Positions 60,367-61,672 of a stretch of DNA of 61,672 nt are shown here, one piece after another. The position numbers and the translations under genes were made by a program. This stretch comes from Desulfurellales bacterium (GTDB lineage Bacteria > Campylobacterota_A > Desulfurellia > Desulfurellales > Hippeaceae). Location: NCBI GenBank assembly GCA_027045065.1, contig JALUBE010000120.1, positions 1-61,672 of the forward strand, given 5' to 3'. Below the pieces are notes generated by a model. It did no database searches. It saw only the letters and a program-made list of their open reading frames with translations, and was not told where the DNA came from. Positions within the stretch are counted from its first letter, which is position 1, and the number at the start of each line of letters is the position of its first letter.

Positions 60367-61672
60367 TTGATCGAAAGATTTTTTAAAGATAAAATTTCAA
60401 TTTTTATATTTTCCTTTGCCCTTTTTTCGATAGGATCTTTTTATGTTTCGTTTTTCCCGCCGGATGAACCGAAATACGTGGATGCTGCTCTAAGGATGAT
60501 AGAGAATGGAAATTACGTCATTCCATTTTTTAACTGTCATGTGAGATTTGACAAACCCATACTTTTTTATTGGGAGTTGGTTCTGTTTTTTAAGTTATTT
60601 TTTGTAGATCACCTTATAAAAATAGGCCATGATTATCTCGGAATAATTGAATATGCGGCAAGACTGCCAGCCATAATTTCTGCTGCACTATCCAGTGTTT
60701 ATGTGTATAAACTATCCAATTTGCTTTTTAACAATAAGAACGTTTCAAGGCTCTCCGTATTGGGCTTCATATCCATTGGCTTTTTTATATATCTTGGGCG
60801 TTCTGTTTATCCGGACATGAGTCTGATATTGTTTGAATTGATGGGTGTTTACTATTTTATCAAGGAACGGTATGTGCTTGGATGGATTTTTACGGCTCTG
60901 GCTTTTTTGGTTAAAGGACCAATTGGTGTGGTAAGTGTGGGTTTTACCTATTTCATCTATCTATGGGTGGTCGAAAGGAAAACCGGTTTAAAAGAATTCT
61001 TCTCGTTTAACAACGGCTTGGGTTTTTTGGTCTTTTTATTGGTCGGTTTACCGTGGTATATCGCCGTTTATCACTACTATGGAATGGAGTTTATAAATAA
61101 GTTCCTTATTTACCACAACATTGAGAGATTTACCGGAGCTGCACACCAACATCCCCATTCTTTCTTTTATTTCTTTCCTATAGCCATTCTGGTTTTGTAT
61201 ATTTGGTGGCCTTATCTTTTACAGCTTTTTAAGAGTATAGATTTAAAGGATAGAAAAAATCTATTTTTAATCCTCTGGTTTGCTTGGGTGTTTCTCTTTT
61301 TCTCGATTTCAAAGAACAAGCTTGCCCACTACATTGCCTTTGGCTTTATACCTTTTGCTATTCTGTTTGGCAGGTACATTGAAGATATAAAAGAATCAAA
61401 GAGGATTTCAACAGGATTTTTTGTGCTTGAGGTCGTTCTGGCTTTTGTGTTGTCCTTTGTTGCATACAAAAAGGGTCTTACACAGCTTGTTGCCTCTGTT
61501 TTTGCAGGCATTTTGATAGTTTCACTGACCAATCTGCTTAAAAAACCAACGAAAGTGATCTTTTACAAAACCATAGCGATGAGTGTTGTAGCCTTTGTTG
61601 TGCTTTTACAATTTGAGGGTTACAGGCCTGAGAAGTTTGTTTGGCATGAGGTTTTGAAGACAAGATTAGGGC
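60367..61672 (+). CDS. ArnT-like GT39/GT83 membrane glycosyltransferase (partial, runs off window; not in ORF track)
   Basis: Manual reading from TTG 60367: ...PPDEPKYVDAALRMIENGNYVIPFFNCHVRFDKPILFYW...ARLP...KGPIG...PWY...; multi-TM. Confidence 0.85.
   Translation, partial: MIERFFKDKISIFIFSFALFSIGSFYVSFFPPDEPKYVDAALRMIENGNYVIPFFNCHVRFDKPILFYWELVLFFKLFFVDHLIKIGHDYLGIIEYAARLPAIISAALSSVYVYKLSNLLFNNKNVSRLSVLGFISIGFFIYLGRSVYPDMSLILFELMGVYYFIKERYVLGWIFTALAFLVKGPIGVVSVGFTYFIYLWVVERKTGLKEFFSFNNGLGFLVFLLVGLPWYIAVYHYYGMEFINKFLIYHNIERFTGAAHQHPHSFFYFFPIAILVLYIWWPYLLQLFKSIDLKDRKNLFLILWFAWVFLFFSISKNKLAHYIAFGFIPFAILFGRYIEDIKESKRISTGFFVLEVVLAFVLSFVAYKKGLTQLVASVFAGILIVSLTNLLKKPTKVIFYKTIAMSVVAFVVLLQFEGYRPEKFVWHEVLKTRLG

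Overview
Gene-dense, AT-rich chromosomal segment made almost entirely of housekeeping genes. The gene set and protein styles suggest a thermophilic anaerobe such as Hippea/Desulfurellia (Campylobacterota); this is an inference, not a database match. Main blocks: (i) minus-strand ilvB-ilvN-ilvC-psd-pssA-leuA-[unannotated 56-aa Cys protein]-diadenylate cyclase-folD-rimP-nusA-infB; (ii) DsbC-like/AsmA-like/core MetH/HTH-less sigma54 activator; (iii) a plus-strand run with cpoB-like, LysM, cysS, an extra sigma70, J-TPR, rhomboid, lpxH, ligA and fliA; (iv) minus-strand RACo-SemiSWEET-xth-glyQS-guaB-PLD-ThiD2-lepA-lepB-pgsA-rpmB; (v) an accessory-looking region at 39.6-50.8 kb with a GT32-like enzyme, a V4R-like/MCP-tail fusion next to a roadblock gene, an Mla/MCE ABC system, an sCache_2 MCP, a cysteine desulfidase, VIT1, a SatP-like channel and DUF123; (vi) hemW-tRNA-Leu(CAG)-metK-ahcY-mrp-DUF47-pit-ppx-...-arnT-like. 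I saw no CRISPR array, IS element, prophage or rRNA. The best candidates for something new are the V4R-like/MCP-tail fusion with roadblock, the Cys-rich microprotein coupled to an archaeal-type DacZ, and an MCP carrying a TlpB-like His-to-Asp pocket change.
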